NCBI RefSeq assembly: GCF_009914755.1
Contig: NC_060929.1
Length of the DNA stretch: 64,000 nt
Source of the DNA: the human T2T-CHM13v2.0 reference genome, Homo sapiens
Reading direction: 5' to 3' (one strand)
The notes beneath the pieces were generated by a model. It made no database searches and was not told the origin of the DNA. It was given only the letters and a program-made list of their open reading frames with translations. This document shows positions 1-12,669 of the stretch, in pieces (within the stretch, counting starts at the first letter, position 1; each line of letters opens with the position of its first letter). A program made the translations under genes and the position numbers.

Positions 1-238
1 TGATATAAATATACACACATATATGTATATACAAATACATATACATATATATGAACAAGGACATTTGGGTTTAAAGTTAGTAGTCAAATTTTCCAAGGAC
101 GTCTTTTTTTTTTTAACGCAGAGCCAAATTTTTATGTATTTTAAAACCACCTCCTTGATCTAACACTGTTAGAAATGAATTACCCAATTTTGTATTCAAT
201 TTTTTCCCTGTAACGTCACTTGGTTCTTGGCTACTAAC

Positions 239-387
239 CTTTCATGTTACTCTTGGTTTTGTCAGTTTGCTTGCCTGTGGGGGTTTGGGCCTGCTGACCC
301 TGCCCACTGGAAGAGGCTGCCTGCTGTGCTGCTTTCTGCTTTAACATTGTCCAATCAAATGTGTAGTCATATTGATGGTTCAGGGTC
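239..387 (-). CDS. CSNK1A1: CK1 alpha exon 9 ([49 protein letters not shown]), including the optional 36-nt 'S' segment 239-274
   Basis: Acceptor ttccag|GAC; distal donor AAG|gttagt at 238; proximal GC donor CAG|gcaagc at 274; final exon not in window. Confidence 0.97.
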
Positions 388-724
388 CTGGAACACATAA
401 AATATTTTATGTTAATCCTTTAATAACAGAGTCCAGTTATATAACCTACTAACTTTTTAAGACAGTGACAGCATTTCTTTACACAACGAATATTTCCTCA
501 AGTGTGGCAGCTTCTAAAATATTTCTTATTATAGATGAAAAAGGCAGCATGAAAACTGAAACATGAAATCAAGCTGTCAGTTATCTAGGGGAATACTCAT
601 TAGAGGAGGTACTTCCTAAAAACAAGTAAGAGTAAATATTCAACTGGAAGTTTGGGAATAAGATGTCTGACTGGTACCTGGGGAAGACACTTTTCTGGGG
701 TTAAAAGATTACCTGAATTCTCTC

Positions 725-1328
<604 letters not shown>

Positions 1329-1818
1329 GGATTACCTCAATTCTTACTCTCTTCCAACTAAGAGTTTGAGCCACATGTAATCTATTCCCCCCCCTTTTTC
1401 AAGACCAGTTCTGGGTTGTGCCTAAGGAACCCTACCCTAGTTTAGGACTGCTACCACTTGATCAGACTCCATGACTATGTGATATTTTAATTGCTTTTTA
1501 TTTGGTACTGTACAAAGTTGGAGAGTTCCAGAAGGCACTGACAGCCACTTATATCTAATATGAATTATAACTATTCTGGAAAAGTTACATTCTACTTTGA
1601 GTATGATTCAACTCTCTATCCACTCCAAACTAAAATCACCTATTTACACTACAAATAGAAAAATGCCAAATTAGTCCCAAATAAATCAGTTTCTGAAACC
1701 TTTTATTCATGTTAGCTAGATCTGCTTTACTTTAGTATTTATCAGAATGAATTTGTTAGGTAAATTTAACCAATTTCCCTCACAGAGTTTATAATCTTAA
1801 AATACCTTAAAAACTGAC

Positions 1819-1925
1819 CTGAAAAGAATGCGGAATAGCTGCCTCAGATACATGTAATCTGGGGCTTCCTCAAAGCGTAGCCCACGACAATAGTTTAAGT
1901 ACATCGCAAATTCTGCAGGAAACCC
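1819..1925 (-). CDS. CSNK1A1: CK1 alpha exon 8 ([36 protein letters not shown])
   Basis: Acceptor tatag|GGG, donor CAG|gtcagt; 107 nt. Confidence 0.99.
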
Positions 1926-2256
1926 CTATAGGTTCAAGGGTTAAAACAAAGTTAAAAACAAACATTTCAAGATAGAAAAATAAATGCATTTAAGTATAAG
2001 CAAAAAGATATTTTTGGGCGGGATATTTTACCATTTCATAGGAAGATATGAGAGCTAAAATGATGGCTTGGTCTCCTCATAAATTTAAATAAAATTTCAT
2101 GACCCTACCTACCCTATTATGTACAATATTAGTAGAAGAAATACATATGTTCTTCCCATATAGTGCTTTTCCTATACAGTACTATGTTCTTAAATAACTT
2201 ACATAGCCCACTTGTTAAAACCTGTCATTTTATCAAAGTCGCGCCTCTTCGTGAAC

Positions 2257-2563
2257 TTTTTTTTTTTTTAAAGACAGGGTCTCAATCTGTCTCCCAGGCT
2301 GGAGTGCAGTAGTGTAATCTCAGCTTACTGCAACCTCCACCTCCCAGGCTTCAAGCGATCCTCCAACCTCAGCTTCCTGAGTAGCTGGGACTACAGACAC
2401 GAGCTACCACGCCCAGCTAATTTTTTGTATTTTTTAGTAGAGACAGGGTTTTGTCAGATTGCCAAGGATGGTCTCAAATTCCCGAGCTCAAGAGATCTGC
2501 CCCCCTTGGCCTCCTTGGTCTCCCACAGTGCTGGGATTACAGGTGTGAGCCACCATGCCCAGC
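2257..2563 (-). mobile_element. Alu
   Basis: Full dimer with poly-T. Confidence 0.93.
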
Positions 2564-3721
2564 CTTCAGAAGTTTCTAAATGGTTGCATGATATTCTACC
2601 TAGTATATACATCATTAACTTGTTCTTTATAATTGAACATTTGGATGTATTCTAATTTTTCTCTATTATTAATAATACTGCTAAGTACATCTGTGGGCAT
2701 AGAATTTTTCCATTTAGCTCCTTAGGAAAGATTCTCAACAATGTATAAACATTTTCAAGGCTCTAGGTATCAGTCACCAAAAGGATTTCCCCAATCAGCA
2801 ATGTGGAAATACAAAATATTAAAAGAGCACAAACCTCTATATCTCCTCTCCTAGAGTAAATGCCAATGTGGAGAGTGGTAAAGTTAAAGGAGGCAGTCTC
2901 TTTCTACAACCTTATGATTGTAGAGTTAAAGTTACAATCTCCTTCTACAACCTTATGAGAAATTTCTCATGTCCTGGAGTTAGGAAGGATAGAATGGAAA
3001 TGCTTGCAACATTTTTTATTGATTGCACCGATATAAATTGGGTGACCACTTGAAACATATACATATGTTAAAAGATGTAAAATAATACATATTATACATC
3101 TTTCTAAAACTCAACATTTATATACATTTATGGCCCGTGTTAATGGTAAACAGTATGACAATGAGACTGAAAACAATCTCACCACTTTATAATTACTATT
3201 TTAACTCTCACTGATTTCTTCCCTCAACTATTTATTTGTATACTGCTTTGTACTTAATTTCAGGTATACAATTCTTTCTTGTCTGAAAGACCATATGGCC
3301 TTCTTTTTATGGATGAGATCATGGTTATTCATCATGACACAAATACCTCTCTATTCTAAACTCAATTGCCTTTCTATGAAGTTGAAAATTTCAGAAAAAA
3401 TGAGTGTGATTCAAACTGTCTTCTGTATTCCTGTATTGTTGGACAGCTGCTATTTTGGATTGCTCCAATCTGTCTGCATGTTTCCCTGTTCCTTAATGTA
3501 CTAATTGTTGATAACCTTTCTTTTCCAGCACTAGTTTAGGGTAAGGAGAATATTTCTTACTTTTTCTTATAGATTAATGAGGTTCTATTGAAAATGTTTA
3601 CCTGCCCTGTTTATTTACCCCTAGTTTTCAACAGATTAGAGAGCCCTAACAAACCAGAAACATAAAACACTTATTTTACTTACTTAAAACGTTTATTTAA
3701 CTTATTTTTTATTATTTTACT

Positions 3722-4631
3722 TATTTTTGTTGTTGTTGAGACAGGGTCTCACTCTGTCACCCAAGCTGGACTGCAGTGGTGCAATCTTGGCTCACTGCAG
3801 CCTCGACCTCCTGGGCTCAAGCATCCTGCCCCAGCATCCCCAAGAAGCTGAGATTACAGGCATGCGTCACCATGCCAGGCTAATTTTTGCATTTTTTGTA
3901 GCGATGGGGTTTCACCATGTTGCCTAGACTGGTCTGGAACTCCCGGGCTCAAGCGATCCACCCTCCTTCAGCCTACCAAGTGGCTCCTCAGCTGTGAGCC
4001 ACTGTGCCTAGCAAAACACTTATTTAAAAAGACCCCTATGTTAAAAGTCCTTGTTAAAGATATTTAGAATAATAAAAATGTAAATTTAAAATGGTGAATA
4101 GCTACCTAATTCAATGTTACAAGTTCCAGAGCTGGCAAATAAAATGTTCCTTTTTCTTCCTGGATCATTCATTCATTCACTCATTTGAGACAGAGTCTTA
4201 CTCTGTTACCTAGGCTGGAGTGCAGTGGCACAATCTCAGATCCTTGTAAGACAGCCAAGATTCACCACTGCAATTGGAGCCTCCCGGGCTCAAGTGATCC
4301 TCCTGCCTCAGGCTCCTGAGTAGCTGGGACCACAGACGTGTATCACTGCACCCAGCTAATTTTTGTATTTTTGGTAGATAAGGTATTTCACCATGTTGCC
4401 CAGGCTGGTCTTGTGGAACTTCTGGGCTCAAGTGATCCGCCCACCTCGGCCTTCTAAAGTGCTGGGATTGCAGGCTTGAGCCACTGTGCCCAGCCGGATC
4501 ATTTATCTATTAAGGTAGAAATGGGGTTTCCCTATGTTGCCCAGGCTGGTCTTGAACTCCTGGGCTCATGTGACCTACTGCCTTGGCCTCCCAAAGTGCT
4601 GGGATTACAGGTGTGAGCCATTGTGCCTGGC
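3722..4631 (-). mobile_element. Alu cluster (3722-4012, 4185-4497, left-arm piece 4514-4631)
   Basis: Alu consensus blocks. Confidence 0.9.
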
Positions 4632-4670
4632 TTCATTTATATTTTTTTAATATTCATCATGCATACTTAC

Positions 4671-4745
4671 CTTACATAAAACTTCAACAGGCGTGGACAT
4701 CTTCTTTTCACTAATCTTTTCATATTTTTGTTTCTTTGTTGCAGC
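4671..4745 (-). CDS. CSNK1A1: CK1 alpha exon 7 ([25 protein letters not shown])
   Basis: Acceptor ccacag|GCT, donor AAG|gtaagt; 75 nt. Confidence 0.99.
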
Positions 4746-5059
4746 CTGTGGAAAAGAATAAAATAAAAAAGATATACTCAGTGCTACTGAGAAGAACCAT
4801 GGTAGTTTAACGCACTAGACATATAAACATATACCTGTGAGATTCAAGAGAAATTTTAACCCAGAATTTAAAAAATCAAAGTATAATACATCTAAAAAAA
4901 ATTTTTCCCAAACTGTTAACTTCTGATGTAAGTTTCTTCTCTAAGAATTTAATTTTAGCTATAGGGAAAGGGTGAGTCTAATAGGAATATATGGATATTA
5001 GATTTAAGTAAAAATGGCTGGGGCCAAAATTGAAAAGCATTTTCTTTCTTTCTATATAT

Positions 5060-5571
5060 TTTTTTAAGGAGATGGGGTCTCACTATGTTGCCCAGGCTGG
5101 AGTGCAGTAGCCATTCACAGGCTCAGCAGTAATTCCCTGTGGCCTCCAACTCCTGGCCTCAAGCAATCCTCCTGATTCAGCCTATCAAGTAGCTGGGACT
5201 ACAGGTGTGCATCATCATACCCAGCTGAAAAGCATTTTCTTTCCTTTTTCCTTTTCTTTGTTTTTTTGTTTGTTTGTTTGTTTTTTTGAGACAAGGTCTC
5301 CCTCGGTTGCCCAGGCTGGAGTGCAGTGGCTCGATTATAGCTCGCTGTAGCCTCGAACTCCTGGGCTCAAAGCAATCCTCCCGGCTCAGCCTCCTGAGTA
5401 ATTGGGGCTACAGGCATGTGACACTACACCCTGCTATTTTTTTTTTTTAAAGTAGAGGTGAGGTCTTGCCATACTGACCAGGCTGGTCTTGAACTCCTGG
5501 GCTCAAGTGATCCGCCTGGCTGGGCCTCCCAAAGTGTTGAAGATTATAGGCATGAGCCACCATGCTCAGCC
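5060..5571 (-). mobile_element. Alu monomer (5060-5225) plus full Alu (5260-5571)
   Basis: Alu consensus; TGAAAAGCATTTTCT occurs at 5031, 5226 and 5572. Confidence 0.9.
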
Positions 5572-5835
5572 TGAAAAGCATTTTCTTAACCCATGTTCAA
5601 CACAAGGGCAAAGGCATCAGATTAATACAAAAAAATTTGTTCATCAATTAGTGACATTAATAAATGGAGTTAACTGTATAAGTCACAATATTTTTCTAAA
5701 CTAAAAATACTCATATTAGATAAAGCTACCCACCCAAGGACTGAGCACTACAACTAGCTCACAGCCACTCAATAAATACAGGTATTCCTTCAAAGAACTG
5801 GTAAGGTACCAAAATAGCCATTAAAATTTAGGACA

Positions 5836-6105
5836 CACCAACAGTGGTGACTCACACCTGTAATCCCAGTTCTTTGGGATGCTGAAGCAGGAGAATCACT
5901 TGAGCCCAAGAGTTTGAGACCAGTCTGGGCAACACAGTGAGGCACTGTCTCTACAAAAAATAATTTAAAAATTAGCTGGGCATGGTGGCATGTTCCTGTA
6001 GTCCCAGCTACAGGTAGGAGGCTGAGATAGGAGGACTGCTTGAGCCCAGGAGGTTCAGGCTGCAGTGAGCCAGGCATTCCGGCTTGGGCAACAGAGCAAG
6101 ACCAT
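5836..6105 (+). mobile_element. Old Alu (J-like)
   Basis: Degenerate dimer. Confidence 0.88.
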
Positions 6106-6585
6106 TCCCCATGCCCCCACCCCCACCCAAAATTAGGATACGGTGATTTATCATTAACATACACTCACAAAAGTAACAGTAAACTCCTAGCTAATAGAAA
6201 CAAAATGTTAGGACATGTATTGCTGGATAAACAGGTCTTGCTGTACATAAAAACATACATTTTCAACATAATGGCAACACATCAAAATGAGAAAGTCTCC
6301 ACCTTTCTTAGTCCATGCCCACTTCCATCTAGATAGAGCTAGTGGCTACCAGTGGGTACCAGCTTACTGTCTCTTAGAGGACACTGTTCTTCAGCTGAAC
6401 TAAGTTCTTACTAAAATGATCTGGTTTCATTTTCCCAGATAAAAGGTAAAAAGTAAATTAAGGTTAATTCTTTATATCTCAGAAAAATCTCAGACTTAGA
6501 AGGGACCTTAAATCTTATCTTCTCCAATATATATTTTTATTCTAAAAAAGAGAGAGAAAAATCTGATAATGTGAGTCTGGTTTAC

Positions 6586-6664
6586 CTTTAGCCCTTGCCA
6601 TGGCAGGCTGGTTCTATTAAAATACATCAAAACATATCCTAATGATTCCATGTCATCTCGGCGA
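6586..6664 (-). CDS. CSNK1A1: CK1 alpha exon 6 ([26 protein letters not shown])
   Basis: Acceptor tctag|TCG, donor AAG|gtaaac; LPWQGLK signature; 79 nt. Confidence 0.99.
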
Positions 6665-7861
6665 CTAGAAAAGAGAACGTAATTTTATAAACTGGAACTA
6701 TTATTATGAAAAAACATATGAAAGAAAGTCAAGTACCCAGAAGAAATGTTCCCAAATGAGGAGGGAACACTATTTGGTGTCTTACGCAAGAAGCTACTTA
6801 TTTAAGGTGATTTTAAAAAGTTCATGTGTTACCTACCTCTAAACAAAACTTTTTCCATGGAATCCAAAATCTGACAAACAACTGTCTTACAATTTAATTT
6901 TAAAAGAACAGAAACGATTTGGCTAAACAACCCTCTAAATGAGCTTAATGAACCAAGCAGGATGACATTTCTATGTTTTGCAGAAACTCATTAAAAAAAA
7001 ACTTCAGAAGTACTGAAAAGGAGTTACAACTTAAAACTAATTGAACATCTATATGAATGTATTCATGCATACATATCTATATACACATACATACAAATAT
7101 ATATTTAGATATATATATATTTAAGGATAGGTAATGCCTTGGCGTACAGAAAAAGTGACATTACAGTTTAACCTAGATCATTCAGATATTCATGGATATT
7201 TCTTAAGCCTGAAATTCTTGGTATGAGGTTCTTTAACCTGGAGGCATATCATTGTTTTTTCTACTTATTACTTCTATGCTAGTTTTAAGGAGCAAAAAGT
7301 GACTGTAAAAGATGAAAGGAACTTGAAACTCTAGAACTCATGTGAAGAAATAGGAAGAGAGCAGAGACTGTTACTTTTTTTACTTTAAACTAGATCCTAT
7401 TAATTTATATATTTGAGTGAAGTATAACAGGAGATGGTCCATCAACCCACTTTTGGTTTATTAGGACACTGATAACATTTTCCTTTTAAAAATAAATAAT
7501 GCATTCTTCCCAAACTCAGCGTGAATTACTAAAGTATAAAAAGCCCCAAATAGCTCTAAAAATATATGTACTATCTTCAGCTGCAAAAAGAAACGTCAAC
7601 ATTGCACTTATGCTTCTAACTTTCTATCACGCAGTATTTTCCCCCCAAGAGACAACCTTCAACAACAACAAAAAATCCAGAAGACCTCATTTAACGGTCT
7701 TCTCTACACTGGTTAAAGCAGCAGGTAAAATGATTAATAAGCATCCTTCAAATCCTCAGCCAAGAAACATCCTTAGACATTGTAAGAAACTAAAATATTT
7801 CAAAAACCCATTGATGGCTTCTGCTATGGCTATGATAAGCACATTCCATTTTCGAACTTAC

Positions 7862-8001
7862 CTCTGCTCAATACCAAGATGTGCATTGATGCTAGCATAT
7901 CGGGCAGTGCCAGTGAGGTTTTTATCTTCTCTGTATGGTATGTGTTGCCTTGTCCTGTTGTCTCTGTACTTTTTGGCCAAACCAAAATCAATAAGGAATA
8001 A
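7862..8001 (-). CDS. CSNK1A1: CK1 alpha exon 5 ([47 protein letters not shown])
   Basis: DFG motif and CK1-specific SIN motif; acceptor taaag|TTA, donor GAG|gtaagt; 140 nt. Confidence 0.99.
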
Positions 8002-8409
8002 CTTTAAAAGAGAAATACAGAAACATTAGGTTTCCAACCTTGTTCAATTAAACTGCGTCTTATTCATTAAATGGTATCTATTCTATGCATTCAAATATAT
8101 CAAAATAAAGTATCCTAAGTATTAATAGAACAGATAATGAACAGACTTAACACCCCCCCATAAGCTTTTACTAGTCTTCATCAATAAATCAAGTTAAAAA
8201 AAAAAAGTCTAGTAGTTTATCCTTGTCGTTTGCAGATTTCACAGGCCCATTTCATTACATACTCAGGAACCTGTCTTTATAAAGAAAGAAATGTATACAT
8301 GCTTGACAGCAGAAGCAACAAGTGTGCTATCTGTCATAATGACACCTGATAGTCTGTACACCTGTTACTACTGGTAAACAAACATGAGGTTTCAAAATCT
8401 AGATATAAT

Positions 8410-8720
<311 letters not shown>

Positions 8721-10784
8721 CTATCTGAACTCTTCCCTCCTACAAAGGCCATTCTTAAATGTGCCAACAGAATACTTGTTATCTACCCTAAAAGTCTGAC
8801 ATTGCCAATGAAACCAAGACTTTTTATTAATAAAAAATACTACTTAGCACTGACATTATACAAATGGGTCAGGTTAAACTTCTGGAAAATTTAACAAGTT
8901 GATATAAAAATCCCCCCAAAAAGCGCTTAGCATTTAAATCAAGGTGGCTTACAATTAGCAGTTTAAGTGAGCTAACTAAAAACAAAAACTAGTGTTTAGA
9001 ACAAAATAACGTTTAGTGTTATCATGTCTATATGGTACTCAGGGAATAAGGTATTCATTTATAATGTAGCTAATTGTTGTATGTAATTCAAGTTTACACT
9101 CCAGAACTTAAGCCTTTTATAAGTAAATAACTATTTTTATGAAAAAGAAATCCAAAACATATTCATATTTACCTACCATATGAAAAGAAATAATCTTTAC
9201 TTAAAATTTTGGCTTTTGTCATAAAATCACCTATTATGCTATATTTTAATAAAAGTTAATCTACAAATATTAAGCTAGGCAGGTCTATGTGCCCTTACAC
9301 TATATAGCCCTAGTCTGTTGTTCTCTAGTTACTCCTAAATTTTGTAGTTCTTCTCTCCATTAGACTACTGGGTCCCTTTTGCCAGTTTATAATTTGTGAT
9401 GTGCTGGGAAACTTGATCACCTAACCTGCAGATTTCATGTCAATAAATAAAGCAAGTTACTGATTTAGGTTATAAAGATCTGACCAGTACCTCTCCTAGG
9501 AGCATGAGTAACATCTATTTCAGCCAAGCATTATAACCTATTCTCAATTATACTTTGGACAGTAAAGACACTGACAGTTGAGCTTCAGTCACCATGTCAA
9601 CGAGATACTGATTTTTACTTAGTCTACTATAAAAGAATGAAGATTAAATTATTAGTAAATGTTAACTGGATGATGAAGACTCTCAAAGTAAAAAGATTAA
9701 ACTCCCTTCCTAAGCAATCAAGTCATTACAGGAAAATTTGTGTTGTAAAACACTAAGAAATAAAGCTTATACTTTAAGTTTCTCTTGATATGAAAACCAG
9801 ATCAGTACACAAATATTAAAATGAGCAAAATACATTTGTTAAGCAAAACAAAAGTGATGATTAAGTTCTGCAGATTCATAGTGAAAAGAAAACATGGGGA
9901 AAATAAACACAAAAGGACATTCAGCTTCATGGTATTTAAAAAATATCTCTAAGAAATATGTAGACATTGAATGAAGAGTGATTAGTACATAGAATTTCCT
10001 CCAGTTCACATTTTCTAGGATTGCTTCCTTTGGTACTTTAAAATGAAGGACAAAAGGGAAGAGCTCTGACATGAGTATGTCTAACAGTTTCATTCATGTC
10101 TAAACCTACATTCAATAGCTTCATTTGTGACTCAATAACCAGACACTTTCTCACAACCAAAAGACTGCTTTATAAAAATTCAGTGTTCGCTGGAGAGTTC
10201 TTTCCTCCCACAACGCTAAAGGAGGAAACCTTATTTATCAAGTAAACTACAAATATGTAAACACGATCTTCTTAAACATCTCAATCTAAAAACAAAAATC
10301 TAAAGAGCAAATAATTTGAAATGTTCTCCTCTTATAAAAACTGAAAATACATCAGGAAAAAAATGTTAGTACTGAACAAAGATAGCCTATTCTCAGTAAA
10401 CAACTGAAAGGAAAACTACTTGAAATTAAAAAAGGAAATAAAACTATTGGTGGTTCATTACCTTCGGGTACCTATCAAGCTTCTTTAGTAGCTCTCTCTG
10501 TATGCTTTGCTGTTTAAAACTAATAAATATAAACATATAATGGAAATGTTTACATGAAACCACATGATGCCAAAGATACAACCAAAAAGCTGTAAATATG
10601 TAAAGGCAGAACCAAATGAGGAAAAGTCAGTATCAAATAAGCGTAAGATAATGCATTTTTACTATAGGCTTTTATGTGCAAAGACACAGGCACTTCCTTC
10701 AGTGAATCAAGCTCCTTTTCTGTGGATTTTTACTAACTACATGTTATGAGTAAAATCTGCGCCCATTTTAAACAATGCAGCCTA

Positions 10785-11174
<390 letters not shown>

Positions 11175-12585
11175 GTAGGGGGATAATTCCATAATTCCAT
11201 TCAATAGAGGCACATTTTCTTCAAAATCACTGTGGCTAATCTTAGTGTTTAGTACTTGCAGCATTTTTTTTTTTTTCCTAACCAGGGGTCATAATTTCCC
11301 TTGCCCTTCTAAAACATTCACAAGGTCACTTTACTAAAAACCTAGCTAACCTGTATGTACAAAATCTAAACAATGTAATACAACTTTCTTTGTAAATTAT
11401 TAAATGATGCTACGAAATGTAAGCAAAATATGTGAATGGGTAAGTAAAAATGAGGCACTATAAAACTAGTTTTATTCTTATAATATGCCTAATGATCCAC
11501 CATCTACTGTCTTCCCCCCACCCCTTATCTAACTAGTCACAATACTTGGTACTTCTTTGCCTGAATAAAAATAACTCTGAATTTCTGAAACCTTTTTTAA
11601 TAGCTGGAGGTGGTTCCTGGAATAAAGCTGGGCAGTATGGAAAAGGGTTAAATGATTATCCAGATGATACATGTGGATAATTTAAGGTATTACAAAGCAT
11701 GTTTTTTGTTTTTTGATTATTCATGCCAATACTTCCTCTTCACTGTATACTAAACTGAATGATTAAGATTCATTTGCTCAGGAGCATGAACATTTATGAA
11801 CTTAAATTTTGTGATAAAAAAGCTATTTAACTTCAACAAAAGTGTAACAAAATATGAAGAGTTCTACTTACAAATTTAGAAAATTAGTAGGGTGTTTATC
11901 CAGCCTGCCAAAAACTAAATTTAATATATTTCAATGTATTACTAATGGTAATCTACCATATAACTTGATAAGTGCTTAAGCTATGTTATTGTTATATTGT
12001 TAAGAATGCAGTATCTTCTAGTTCCAGAGCCTATAATGCTCTGTAAATATCCATTTGCTAGAAGTTGAGAATACAGACTGAGGAAATAAGTTCTAGAAAC
12101 ACTAGATCTGAAATCTGATCTACACTTACCTGAAGTTCCTTAGGGAAGGGGAAGAGAGGTGAGGTAGAATATATTCATTATACAGCACTAATGAACTGAA
12201 TTTAAATATATTTCGTGCATTAAGTTGTGTAACTCCAAATAAATTTTTAAAAACTAACGATCTATCTCAAGTTTACTATTAGGTAAACAATTTCAGTACT
12301 AGACCAACATCATTTCCTCATATGTATGTTAGAGAGCTAAACATAATATCCTATTTTCATTTAGCTTTTTTCTAAACTTTATAAGTTTTAAGCAAAAGCC
12401 ACAAAGAAATATCTTAGTAATGTTATGTTTGCCAAGTATGTCTGAATAATGCCAACGTAAGAGGTGCTTGAGCAAGATCTACATTCTCCAGAATTAAAAC
12501 AAAACAAAAATCATCAAAATAAAACAATAAAAAAGAAAAGCACATGAATTTGGGATTGAGGTTGGAATAGGAGACAGTTTCAGAC

Positions 12586-12669
12586 CTGGTTTAATCCTGA
12601 GAAAGATGGGTCCTGAGAAGTACTAACAGTCATGCTTCTTTTCCTCTTCCCCACTGGAGATTCTAAACA
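12586..12669 (-). CDS. CSNK1A1: Alternative 'L' insert exon, 28 aa (CLESPVGKRKRSMTVSTSQDPSFSGLNQ)
   Basis: 84 nt, phase 0, stop-free; acceptor tttag|TGT, weak donor CAG|gtctga; matches the known CK1alphaL insert with basic KRKR motif. Confidence 0.96.

Noticed and set aside
7499-8029. 176-aa plus-strand ORF
   Set aside because: Antisense shadow of CSNK1A1 exon 5 plus AT-rich intron; no domain, promoter or splice support
11351-11365. 15-nt pseudo-microexon (tttag|ATTTTGTACATACAG|gttagc)
   Set aside because: Weak donor and poor pyrimidine tract; such matches are common by chance
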